57,877 bases of DNA from an uncultured Gammaproteobacteria bacterium. Its GTDB lineage: Bacteria > Patescibacteriota > Microgenomatia > UBA12405. Each line of letters starts with the position of its first letter. The first letter of the stretch is position 1. The position numbers were made by a program, and so were the translations under genes. Positions 9,372 to 17,416 of this stretch are shown here, piece by piece. Location: positions 1-57,877 of the forward strand of contig CAYTYZ010000006.1 of NCBI GenBank assembly GCA_964442385.1. Reading direction: 5' to 3'. The notes beneath the pieces are model-generated. The model did not search any database. It saw only the letters and a list, made by a program, of their open reading frames with translations, and was not told the origin of the DNA.

Positions 9372-9932
9372 ATGTTATTCTTGGCTATGCACTCAGCCTT
9401 GGTTATTATCGATATGCAACAAGATTTCTTTAAAAAAGACGAGCTGACAGTGCAAAAAGACTTCCTAATTAAAAATATAAACCAACTTGTAGCCCATTTT
9501 AGGGACAAATCTCTTCCCATAATTTGGCTTCGCCAAACCATGAAAGCTGATCTGTCTGACGCTCCTCTTGGTCCCAAAAATACTGGTACAGCTTTCGTAG
9601 TTGAGGGTACCCCTGGCAGCCAGCTTTTGCCTGGTTTGGACTTTTTATCTTCAGATATTGAAATTATTAAAAAGCGTTACAGCGGTTTTTACCAGACCAA
9701 CCTTGAGGATACTTTAAAGAGTTTGAGCGTAGACACCTTGGTGGTATCTGGCATAAACTCTCACGCCTGTGTCAGGGTTACCGTAGTCGATGCCTATCAA
9801 AGAGATTTCGATGTAATTGTTGCCCAAGACTGCGTTGCTTCCTGGGACCCTCCCCACCACGCCATCACCATGAAATACTTTGTCCCCACCATAGCCAAAG
9901 TAATGACCAATTCAGAGATTCTAAGCTTGTGA
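9372..9932 (+). CDS. Isochorismatase-family cysteine hydrolase (nicotinamidase-like)
   Basis: ALVIIDMQQDFF, KKRYSGFYQTNLEDTLK and LVVSGINSHACVRVTVVDA (catalytic Cys). Confidence 0.8.
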   Translation: MLFLAMHSALVIIDMQQDFFKKDELTVQKDFLIKNINQLVAHFRDKSLPIIWLRQTMKADLSDAPLGPKNTGTAFVVEGTPGSQLLPGLDFLSSDIEIIKKRYSGFYQTNLEDTLKSLSVDTLVVSGINSHACVRVTVVDAYQRDFDVIVAQDCVASWDPPHHAITMKYFVPTIAKVMTNSEILSL

Positions 9933-9946
9933 TAATACCTATAATA

Positions 9947-9975
9947 TTGACTTTATATCACTTTTCAAGTATACT
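9947..9975 (+). promoter_or_regulatory. Sigma70-type promoter for the serpin-like gene
   Basis: TTGACT (9947-9952), a 17-nt spacer, then TATACT (9970-9975). This implies a leader of roughly 215 nt. Confidence 0.5.
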
Positions 9976-10015
9976 TAACCATTACACATCAAGTGTAAGC
10001 ATTCAAATACAGGTT

Positions 10016-10117
10016 GGATATTGCATCTAACTTTTGTTTCTGTCCTTTTAAAAATAGATACTTCAATATTTTGCATCTACTGGTTGGTGGCTATTTGGAC
10101 ATAATATTTTGTATCTA
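10016..10117 (+). repeat. Three imperfect direct repeats AATATT(TT)G(C/T)ATCTA in the leader
   Basis: Copies end at 10029, 10079 and 10117. GGTTGG precedes copies 1 and 3. A 9-bp inverted repeat, TGGCTATTT (10088-10096) with AAATAGCCA (10118-10126), brackets copy 3. Confidence 0.55.
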
Positions 10118-10197
10118 AATAGCCATCAATCAAAGTTAATGCAAAAGTAGATTACTTTGATGACCACACTGGTCATGGCAATACACAAGGAGAAAAC

Positions 10198-11076
10198 ATG
10201 AGCTCATCACTAGGTTTGTTAACAATCGCCAGAGCCATGATTGAGGCTGAAGGTCTTCTTGGTGGCCAATGCACTTGGAAAGCCACCAACCCAACTCAAA
10301 AGGAACTACTTTCCCGTTTGACCGTTTTGCGGCAAGCGGTGACCAAAGTACCCACCCTACAGGGCTGGGCTAAAAAAACAGCCGAAGAACTAAATCAAAT
10401 TCTGCGCGAGAATGGCCTGAGCATTCAGCTTCGACCGTGGCTTCCAGGCTCCGGCTTCGGCGTCGTGGCCATCAACAAGTACGGCGTACAGTGGCTTTCA
10501 CCGGGTCTCACCTCGCTTTTTGAGGGCGGCCCCAGGCTGGAGGTTCTAGGACACCCAGCTTTTCTTCTCAAGAGCAGTACCGCCAGAGTCAAAATCTGGG
10601 AGACCAAAAGCAGGAAACTGATCGTCAAGGTCCCAACTAAATCCGGCGACACGCTTTGCCTCAGTATGGAAGACAGGCCTCTCACAGGCTTTGGGCTGCA
10701 TGAGTACGTTGAAAGTTTGCAAGCAGAGCAGGTCAAATCCTTCTATGGTTACGAAGGAGCTATTCTTCCAATGGTCAAGCATGGGCTTCCCGTAGATTTG
10801 GATTGGCTTCGTTTTATGGAAGTCTACTCCTCAGTTGACGGTAACTGGTTCATTAGCCAGGCTCTGCAGGAAATTCAGTTCTCCATGAATCAGTTTGGTG
10901 CAGCAGTCACAGAGGCAGCAGCCATGTCCTTTGCCAGGGGGATGCCCCAGTACCTAGAGGTCAACAAACCTTTTGTTCTTTGGATTGAGCGTCCTGGTGT
11001 GGAAATTCCCCTTAATGTTTTCCATATCACTCCAGAGGACTGGAAAGATCCTGGTAATCTTGCCAAAAGTATGTAG
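10198..11076 (+). CDS. Compact serpin-like protein (292 aa)
   Basis: The C-terminus LEVNKPFVLWI fits the PROSITE serpin signature as I recall it. A hinge-like FGAAVTEAAAMS lies upstream. AINKYGVQW resembles NAIYFKG.W, and VKVPTKSGDTLCLSM resembles LPY.g.lSM. AAGGAG RBS. G+C is visibly above the flanks. Confidence 0.6.
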   Translation: MSSSLGLLTIARAMIEAEGLLGGQCTWKATNPTQKELLSRLTVLRQAVTKVPTLQGWAKKTAEELNQILRENGLSIQLRPWLPGSGFGVVAINKYGVQWLSPGLTSLFEGGPRLEVLGHPAFLLKSSTARVKIWETKSRKLIVKVPTKSGDTLCLSMEDRPLTGFGLHEYVESLQAEQVKSFYGYEGAILPMVKHGLPVDLDWLRFMEVYSSVDGNWFISQALQEIQFSMNQFGAAVTEAAAMSFARGMPQYLEVNKPFVLWIERPGVEIPLNVFHITPEDWKDPGNLAKSM

Positions 11077-11091
11077 TTTGAAGTAGTCTTC

Positions 11092-11129
11092 TCCGCCGGG
11101 TAGCCCAAAGGGCAACGGCGGATTTTTTT
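11092..11129 (+). terminator. Rho-independent terminator
   Basis: CCGCCG (11093-11098) pairs with CGGCGG (11116-11121), with an inner GCCC-aaa-GGGC stem and then T7 (11123-11129). Confidence 0.8.
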
Positions 11130-11130
11130 A

Positions 11131-11616
11131 TTACTTTTCTTCGCTTACTTCCATTTCTGGAATCTCGACTCGTGCTTCTGGCATAGACTCAGCTTCTGCC
11201 TTAACTTCCTTTTTTTCTTTCTTTTTCTTGGGAGCAGGAGCAACAGCTGTGTCTCCTGACAAAAGTGAAATGAGTTTGTCTAATTTAGCGTTAAGTTCAT
11301 TAAATTGGCGTCCATAATCTGGTTGGTCATAGTTTCTAGTTTCCACTCTTGGCCTGGATGAAAAGGACCTTTCCCCTCCAAAGCTTCTATTTTCGCCTTG
11401 TGGTGCTCCGCCCCCTTCTTTTTCAAAACAGTTACTACAATACACTGGTTTTCTACCATTTGGCCGAAAAGGCAGCTCACAAGGTCGTCCACATTTATCA
11501 CAGGTGGCCGAATACATTTTTCTTTCTTCACCGCCCCCTCCACCTCCAAAGTCCCGTCTTGGACCTCCAAAACTTCTATTTCCACCACTAAAGCCACCAC
11601 GATTATTGTTATACAT
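11131..11616 (-). CDS. CxxC-x17-CxxC domain protein with Gly/Arg-rich N-terminus and Lys/Glu-rich tail
   Basis: Start refined to MYNNNRGGFSGGNRSFGG. The core is CDKCGRPCELPFRPNGRKPVYCSNC (CxxC, 17 residues, CxxC). Confidence 0.75.
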   Translation of the reverse strand: MYNNNRGGFSGGNRSFGGPRRDFGGGGGGEERKMYSATCDKCGRPCELPFRPNGRKPVYCSNCFEKEGGGAPQGENRSFGGERSFSSRPRVETRNYDQPDYGRQFNELNAKLDKLISLLSGDTAVAPAPKKKKEKKEVKAEAESMPEARVEIPEMEVSEEK

Positions 11617-11705
11617 ATTTAAGTATAATACACTAAATATTGGCAATAGTATGGGCAAGTTATATGTCCCGATATCAACAGAAAACATTTTAGGTAGAAT
11701 TAGTC

Positions 11706-12863
11706 ATGTTTGACAGTCTTACTATTGACAACTCCAAGCATAAACTCCAAATTCCTGATTTTAATCCAGAAAATATCACAGGCTACATAAACGAGCCTGT
11801 CCACTATCTCAACGACCCTGAACCGAATATGGTTGCAAGTAGGTTTGGCAATATCATGTATCGTCTGGGTCAACTAACCAAGCTTTCTGCCCATTTTCGT
11901 ACACCCTTTGATCGATCTAAAGCCCAAGAATTGCTCAGTCAAATAAAAGACCACCGCGTACGATCTGATTCGCATAGTCATCTTTACAAAGAGTTGAAAG
12001 AGCGTGGCAAAATAGCAAAAAAATATTTACAGCAGGGATCAGTTTGTGTTTACATGGGTACTTTGGGGATACAAAAATCACCACTTGTGATTATACCTCC
12101 CCCAAGAGTTGACCCAAGGTTCAGCGCTCGTCCAGTAGTTTTGATACCTGGTATCAGTAACGGATTGGCTGGAATAGAAACCCTCATTAAAGAATTTGCC
12201 TACCAGGGGAGAATTGTAATTGCTCTAGGCCAGCCCGAAAGTTTTATGGGTAGTGTGACACCAAGTTTTGCTCAGGCTGTCGAAGAATCTAGTCAACTTT
12301 CCCCACATATAGAATTTTACAAGAGAGCCATCGCTCTTACTTTGCAAGAACGTTTTGGAAACAAAGTTAAAATCGATTTGGTAGGTCATTCTACTGGTTG
12401 CCCTATGATTGCTGGTCTACTTGCCGACAAACACTACCAAGACATATGTGCCAATGTATGCTTAGTCTCTCCGGCAGCCGTTGCCGAACAGTCGGTCCTG
12501 TCGTTTGATTTAGCAACTATCCCAGAAATATATTATTTATTAGTTAGACATGGCGCTTTGGCCAACTTTAATAGAAATGATCAGCCTCAGGAACCAGTTA
12601 AAGCTCGAGCTACCCAAGGGGTAAAGCGCAACATTATCCATTTTTTACAAGGTCTTTACAAAAATGCCCATTTGTCTAACCATAGGCGAATTTCAGTAAT
12701 TTCTTGCGATGATGATCATATTGTAAAAAGCAGACAAGCCCAAGATGCTCTTGCCAAACTAAATCCCGATATTGATTTTATTCCGCTCAGTAGGGCTACT
12801 CATGCCGAAGCTTTAATAAACCCACAGAGAGTCGTAACGCTAATACAATCTATTCTAAAATAA
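11706..12863 (+). CDS. Alpha/beta-hydrolase-fold protein
   Basis: Nucleophile elbow DLVGHSTGCPM and a late THAEALINP histidine; 385 aa. Confidence 0.6.
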   Translation: MFDSLTIDNSKHKLQIPDFNPENITGYINEPVHYLNDPEPNMVASRFGNIMYRLGQLTKLSAHFRTPFDRSKAQELLSQIKDHRVRSDSHSHLYKELKERGKIAKKYLQQGSVCVYMGTLGIQKSPLVIIPPPRVDPRFSARPVVLIPGISNGLAGIETLIKEFAYQGRIVIALGQPESFMGSVTPSFAQAVEESSQLSPHIEFYKRAIALTLQERFGNKVKIDLVGHSTGCPMIAGLLADKHYQDICANVCLVSPAAVAEQSVLSFDLATIPEIYYLLVRHGALANFNRNDQPQEPVKARATQGVKRNIIHFLQGLYKNAHLSNHRRISVISCDDDHIVKSRQAQDALAKLNPDIDFIPLSRATHAEALINPQRVVTLIQSILK

Positions 12864-13374
12864 CTCCCAAGCCATATAGTAAACTCATGGCACCAGGAAG
12901 TGAGAATTTGGCCCCCTTAATAGTAGCTGACCTAACATCAATAAAATAATTTTTTGCACCAAGCAGATTTGCTTTGGTTAAATTAGTCTTGGCAAACACA
13001 GTTTTTTCAAAATCACTATTCTGCAGTTGTGATTCGCTTAAATTGGCCTCCGTAAAATCACATTCTTTTGCCATACATTCCCTAATCACAATTTTAGGTA
13101 GCGACAATAGTCTAAAATTTGAATAACTAAGTTCGCAATTTTTAAAAACCAAGTTTTCTACTTTAGCTGCCCTAGTCCAATCCATTCCCATTATATTGCA
13201 GTCAATAAACTCCACATCCACAAACTGGCTATCACTAATATCCACTGCACTTAAAATACACCCTTTAAATTGACAGTTCACAAACCTACACTTAATAAAC
13301 TTGCACTGACTATATTTACAATCCAAAAACCTTTCTTCCTCAAACTCCTTTTTTGAAAATATTTTTCCCACCAT
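12850..13374 (-). CDS. Pentapeptide-repeat protein
   Basis: Continuous A(D/N)LxX-type repeats (CKFIKCRFVNCQFKGCILSAVDISDSQFVDVEF..ANLSESQLQNSDFEKTVFAKTNLTKANL). Confidence 0.8.
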   Translation of the reverse strand: MVGKIFSKKEFEEERFLDCKYSQCKFIKCRFVNCQFKGCILSAVDISDSQFVDVEFIDCNIMGMDWTRAAKVENLVFKNCELSYSNFRLLSLPKIVIRECMAKECDFTEANLSESQLQNSDFEKTVFAKTNLTKANLLGAKNYFIDVRSATIKGAKFSLPGAMSLLYGLGVILE

Positions 13375-13541
13375 ACTACTATTTTACTCTGCTAAACTAA
13401 CCAATAATCACCATAACCAAACCTATCACCATAGACCTCGTCCATATTAAACAAATTCTTAGTCAGTGGACAGAGCCCATTGAAGTTGATAAGTATATTT
13501 CAAGAATAGAAAACGAGATTCATGGACATACTGAATTTAAT

Positions 13542-13886
13542 ATGCATTTTTGGGTAGCCAAACAAGATGACACTGTTATTGGCATAGTTGGTCTATCCAA
13601 TCCATTGCCCAAAGTACTTTCTTTTACCAAAACCTTTCTTCCAGGGGAACTAAAAATTCTTTATGTTGATACTAGTCATCAGGGCAGGGGAGTAGGCGGA
13701 CTATTGGTAAATTTTATTGAACAAGAGGCTATGTACCATGGCTATACCGAGTTATTGGTTCGAAGTGCCCAAAGATACCAAGATACGGCTTTTGGTTTTT
13801 ACAAGAAAAAAAACTACACCGATTTGGGTACAATCGATGGCGATGATAATAAAAAGTCCATGCAAGTTTTTCAAAAAATCCTCTAA
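13542..13886 (+). CDS. GNAT N-acetyltransferase with an unresolved N-terminus
   Basis: HQGRGVGGLLVNFIEQEA is the acetyl-CoA loop. The frame is open back to 13401 and encodes a plausible GNAT N-terminus (ITIDLVHIKQILSQW..), but no ATG, GTG or TTG occurs there. Confidence 0.65.
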   Translation: MHFWVAKQDDTVIGIVGLSNPLPKVLSFTKTFLPGELKILYVDTSHQGRGVGGLLVNFIEQEAMYHGYTELLVRSAQRYQDTAFGFYKKKNYTDLGTIDGDDNKKSMQVFQKIL

Positions 13887-13906
13887 AAATATGCTAAAGT
13901 ATTTTT

Positions 13907-14374
13907 ATGGATAAAATAAAAAAAACCAGCCCAACCCCAGCTAAGTCTAACAATTTTGCAAGAAATTTTCTGATTGGTTTATTAGGTGTTGCCGCCTATT
14001 TTGCCATCCAATATTTTTTCACTAACCAGTCCAACCAAGCCAAATTTAACCAAACCAGTACCAAGTTTGACCAGCTCTCAGAATCAATTTCTCAAAAAAA
14101 CGAACAGCTTTTTAATCTAAAAAACAAAGATGCCAAAACACTTTTGCCAGCGGTACAAAGCCTTCAGTCTGATTACGTGCAAATGCAAACCCTTCTGGGT
14201 GGTCTTAATAAAACACCTGAAACTAGTGCTGATTTTGCTATGACCGGCAAGGCCATTGAAGCCCTAAAAGCTATCGAAAAAGGTATTTTGGACAACAACA
14301 AAACTCTAAAAGACAAAGGCTTTTTGCTTCTTGATAGCCTACTTGCACCTGTAACTCCATCTCCAAAAAACTAA
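13907..14374 (+). CDS. Membrane-anchored hypothetical protein
   Basis: 155-aa ORF with one TM (FLIGLLGVAAYFAIQYFF) and a helical Gln-rich ectodomain. Confidence 0.5.
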   Translation: MDKIKKTSPTPAKSNNFARNFLIGLLGVAAYFAIQYFFTNQSNQAKFNQTSTKFDQLSESISQKNEQLFNLKNKDAKTLLPAVQSLQSDYVQMQTLLGGLNKTPETSADFAMTGKAIEALKAIEKGILDNNKTLKDKGFLLLDSLLAPVTPSPKN

Positions 14375-14381
14375 CAATAAA

Positions 14382-14885
14382 ATGGTAAAACCATTCCCAC
14401 CCATGGCTATATTTAAACCAGGGGTGTTATCTGTGACAGTTTTTAGTGAAATTAATTATTTTCTAATTGTTATCTATTCGGCAATCTTAATTAACATCCA
14501 AGATATATCAAAAATTAATATAAATTCATTTTACTTACTATTTATTTTATTAATTGTTTTGTCACTTGTGTCCGCGTTTATATCAACGAAAATAGTAATA
14601 ACTGGACCAAAACTAACATCCTTCAGCCCAATTAGCTCCGGTCACGAATTTAATATTAATCAACCTTTTGAGGTTGAAGCTCGTAGAAGGAGATGGAACA
14701 CAGAAGGGAACATCACTATTTTCCCCACTTACTCATATATTGATTTTTACTTGTCTTCAGATATCGCCCATAGGTCGAACCAGCATATCTCTCTTGGGTT
14801 AGGGTGGAGTAAAAATGATGTTATCAAATTATTTACATATCTTCAGAATAATTATCCAAATATTAAGCAACTATACTTTCCATAA
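14382..14885 (+). CDS. Hypothetical membrane protein
   Basis: 167-aa ORF with two or three N-terminal TM segments. Its stop overlaps the next gene's start (TAATG). Confidence 0.45.
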   Translation: MVKPFPPMAIFKPGVLSVTVFSEINYFLIVIYSAILINIQDISKININSFYLLFILLIVLSLVSAFISTKIVITGPKLTSFSPISSGHEFNINQPFEVEARRRRWNTEGNITIFPTYSYIDFYLSSDIAHRSNQHISLGLGWSKNDVIKLFTYLQNNYPNIKQLYFP

Positions 14886-15418
14886 TGAAAACTACAAGCC
14901 CCTTTAAAACCACCTGGGTGACTTCGGACAAAGTTAATCCTAGTGAGCAACATGTTCCTGTCACGCAAGTTTATTGTTGGATTATTTCAAAGGATGGACA
15001 AGTATGCATAGTTTCCAAAGACAATCAGTCCTGGCAACTGCCTGGAGGTCACCCTTTGCCAGGTGAAAATATAAGCCAAACAGTAGTACGTGAAGTGGCA
15101 GAAGAAGCAGGACTAGATTTATCCCACAGTCAGAACGATATTCAGCTCTTTGGCTATAATAATGTCAAAAAACTATCAGACACTGGAACAGTTATCGACC
15201 ATTTTTTACAGCTTAGAACGTATTGTTTTATTGACAAATTGGCCAAGGATTACATACTCTTACCCCAAGAAAAACCAACCGAAAAAATTGAATATAGAAT
15301 CATTTCTGCTAAATTTGTCACGATGGAAAAATTGCTTGAACTAATACCATGGCTATCTACCAGTCCAGAGTATAACGCCATAAAAAAAGCCCCTATCGGT
15401 GATTTTCATCACCTCTAG
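14885..15418 (+). CDS. Nudix hydrolase
   Basis: Nudix box GGHPLPGENISQTVVREVAEEAGL. Confidence 0.8.
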   Translation: MKTTSPFKTTWVTSDKVNPSEQHVPVTQVYCWIISKDGQVCIVSKDNQSWQLPGGHPLPGENISQTVVREVAEEAGLDLSHSQNDIQLFGYNNVKKLSDTGTVIDHFLQLRTYCFIDKLAKDYILLPQEKPTEKIEYRIISAKFVTMEKLLELIPWLSTSPEYNAIKKAPIGDFHHL

Positions 15419-15453
15419 GGGCCTGCGTTGCGGAAAGAACTTTCAGAAAAAGT

Positions 15454-16062
15454 CTAGTTTGGTAAACTGACAGCAGCAGCCACCCTATCTAGGGTGATGA
15501 CTCCATCGTTACAAAGTTTGTCAAGCAATTGAAGGTTTGGCAAATGCGCGTCACATGCGCCGATTTTTACCTGAATTCGGTCGGGCTCATGTACACGATA
15601 ATCAAGTAGCGCACCATTTGCAACTTTATCGAACATTTGGATAATTCTTTGACCCGAAGCCTTGCATTGCACGAAAGCGGCAATGTTATTAAGATATATA
15701 TGCCCCATCCTATCACGATCACGGGTTCCACAGACAAAGCAAGTACAAGAATCCAAACCTATGCCTCGGGACCAAAAGAATTCGCCACCCCCTTCGGGTT
15801 GTTTATCTGGTTTACCATGAGAATCAATTCCCTCGCGAGGGTGTTTTTGAAGTTCAGGATAAAAGCTGCCAAATCCGATGGCTGACTTCTTAACGTCATC
15901 AGCCAGAACAGCAAAGCTAACTTCGCATTCACCACAGGATACTATTGCTGTACCTCCCCCTGATATTGGCGAGTAGCCAGATCGATAGCCACAATTGGGG
16001 CATCCCCACTTTTGGTACTCATTCGCTGCGACAGCAATTGGTTGTTTGATGCCATCAGTCAT
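15454..16062 (-). CDS. Cys-rich zinc-ribbon protein of unknown function
   Basis: Start refined to MTDGIKQP, with AAGGAAG 6 nt upstream. It contains CPNC-x20-CGEC, then CTCFVC, plus further Cys and His (QCK, GACDAH, LCND). It overlaps the upstream paralog by 8 nt, so they form an operon. Confidence 0.6.
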   Translation of the reverse strand: MTDGIKQPIAVAANEYQKWGCPNCGYRSGYSPISGGGTAIVSCGECEVSFAVLADDVKKSAIGFGSFYPELQKHPREGIDSHGKPDKQPEGGGEFFWSRGIGLDSCTCFVCGTRDRDRMGHIYLNNIAAFVQCKASGQRIIQMFDKVANGALLDYRVHEPDRIQVKIGACDAHLPNLQLLDKLCNDGVITLDRVAAAVSLPN

Positions 16063-16417
16063 TTTGTTCTTCCTTCTTTGGTTTGTCACCAAACTTCATT
16101 TGCTCGTCGTTTACCTCTTTAAGAAAGAGGTGAGCTTCGCTGGCAATATCCTTGTCGTCGACCAGGGCATCAACGATCTGTGGAATACACAAATATAGAA
16201 CTGAAAAGGTATCCAGGCCATAGTCAGTCGTGTTTGAAAATTCGTTGATTATGACAATCAATTGCCTGACTAGGCTATACGCACTCATTTTCTGACCTGC
16301 CAATTTGACAAGAGCCTGATTAAAAGGCCCTGCCACTCTCTCATCCAAACCTAACTGCGCCGTTTCCATTCGTGCAACAATCTCTTTCGCACTCGGAAGT
16401 TTGACGGTCTTATCCAT
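16055..16417 (-). CDS. Small helical protein, paralog 1 of 3
   Basis: 120 aa with an AAGGAG RBS. It shares GLDE(R/Q)V..FNQ.L..LA.Q and LCIPQI(V/I)DALVDDK with the next gene. Confidence 0.65.
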   Translation of the reverse strand: MDKTVKLPSAKEIVARMETAQLGLDERVAGPFNQALVKLAGQKMSAYSLVRQLIVIINEFSNTTDYGLDTFSVLYLCIPQIVDALVDDKDIASEAHLFLKEVNDEQMKFGDKPKKEEQND

Positions 16418-16434
16418 GTCTTTCTCCTTCTTGG

Positions 16435-16779
16435 TTAGTTTTTGGTTTTTGACATTGAAGCAAGTACTTCTTCGTAATAGCGCTTGGCTTCCTCGACAAC
16501 ACCTTTGTCGTCGACCAAAGCGTCAATAATCTGTGGAATGCAGAGCAATAGGACTTCATAGAAGTTAGGGCCATAATCACCTGTTTTTGTAAATCTGTAG
16601 ATCACCACACCCAGTAGTATGACCAAGCTCTGCCCACTGACTGCCTGGTCAGCCAATCCGATAAGACACTGATTAAAGAGCCGTCCCACTTGCTCATCCA
16701 ACCCAATCTGCATTTTCTCCAGCCGGGTTTGAAACTTTTCCCCGGCAGGAAGTCTGGTATAAAACCTTGGGTTACTCAT
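16435..16779 (-). CDS. Small helical protein, paralog 2 of 3
   Basis: 114 aa with an AGGAG RBS; colinear with 16055..16417. Confidence 0.65.
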   Translation of the reverse strand: MSNPRFYTRLPAGEKFQTRLEKMQIGLDEQVGRLFNQCLIGLADQAVSGQSLVILLGVVIYRFTKTGDYGPNFYEVLLLCIPQIIDALVDDKGVVEEAKRYYEEVLASMSKTKN

Positions 16780-16816
16780 ATTTTTGCTCCTTTTTTTGGT
16801 TTACGCCGTTTTTTTT

Positions 16817-17158
16817 CTACGAATAAACTGCTTGTGTGCGAATCATCTTTCCATAAAATTCCTTGGCTTCTGTGGCAATATCTTCGTTTTCCACCAGAAT
16901 ACCGATAATAAAGGTAACTTTTGTACTCAAGAATGCATCCATATCACGTGGATATCCACCACTTTTCACAAATTTGGAAATTGCATCAAGAATCACCCCA
17001 ACCATATGCTTCCGATAAATCGAACCCCGGGTAACTTTGTAAATAAACCCAAAGAGGTCTTCGTTCGAGAACCGCTCGGACAGAGGTGGGGTATTTGCAA
17101 CTAGACGCATTGCCTCGTCTATATTCCGAAGCACCACAAACTCAACTTGCTTGCTCAC
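16817..17158 (-). CDS. Small helical protein, divergent paralog 3 of 3
   Basis: Start refined to GTG 17158..17156, with AAGGAG 6 nt upstream. The C-terminal IIGILVENEDIATEAKEFY aligns with DALVDDKDIASEAHLFL and DALVDDKGVVEEAKRYY in the other two. Confidence 0.55.
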   Translation of the reverse strand: MSKQVEFVVLRNIDEAMRLVANTPPLSERFSNEDLFGFIYKVTRGSIYRKHMVGVILDAISKFVKSGGYPRDMDAFLSTKVTFIIGILVENEDIATEAKEFYGKMIRTQAVYS

Positions 17159-17349
17159 GTTGTTCTCCTTCTTACTTTTTTTCTTGTTTTCTAACCGAAT
17201 GGTTAGCACACTAAGCAAAAAAATTTGCCCAGAATGCTAACCATTGATTTTATAAGAAGATATGTTTTCCGCAACTTTTTAAAGAGCACTATTTACAAGT
17301 TTTAAATTTACCCACAGCAATTGTGGATTATTTAATTCTTGAATACATA

Positions 17350-17384
17350 AGTATATCAAAAAACATATATTTTGCAATATTATA
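17350..17384 (-). promoter_or_regulatory. Promoter for the three-paralog / zinc-ribbon operon
   Basis: On the minus strand: TTGCAA (17377-17372), a 16-nt spacer, then TATACT (17355-17350). An alternative TATAAT lies at 17384-17379. Either way the leader is about 185 nt. Confidence 0.45.
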
Positions 17385-17416
17385 GGTAAAATGCAGTGGT
17401 GCACTTAGTTCTCTAT

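Noticed and set aside
10016-10117. The three AATATTTTGCATCTA-like repeats considered as a mini guide-RNA or CRISPR-like array.
   Set aside because: There are only three imperfect copies with irregular spacing of about 50 and 38 nt. No associated effector gene is present, and they lie inside a promoter-proximal leader. I treat them as regulatory repeats instead.
10160-10201. The 13-codon uORF overlapping the serpin-like gene start, considered as an annotated gene.
   Set aside because: It has no SD of its own, and short ATG..TGA frames are frequent in A+T-rich leaders. I mention it only as a possible regulatory detail.
11617-11665. A leaderless promoter for the CxxC-x17-CxxC gene (TTGCCA ... 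TATACT).
   Set aside because: The spacer would be only 13 nt, and alternative -10 choices are poor, so I do not call a promoter here.
11280-11713. Four overlapping ORFs on both strands across the CxxC-x17-CxxC gene.
   Set aside because: They arise from the Gly/Arg-rich low-complexity coding region. Only the frame with the CxxC-x17-CxxC core is credible.
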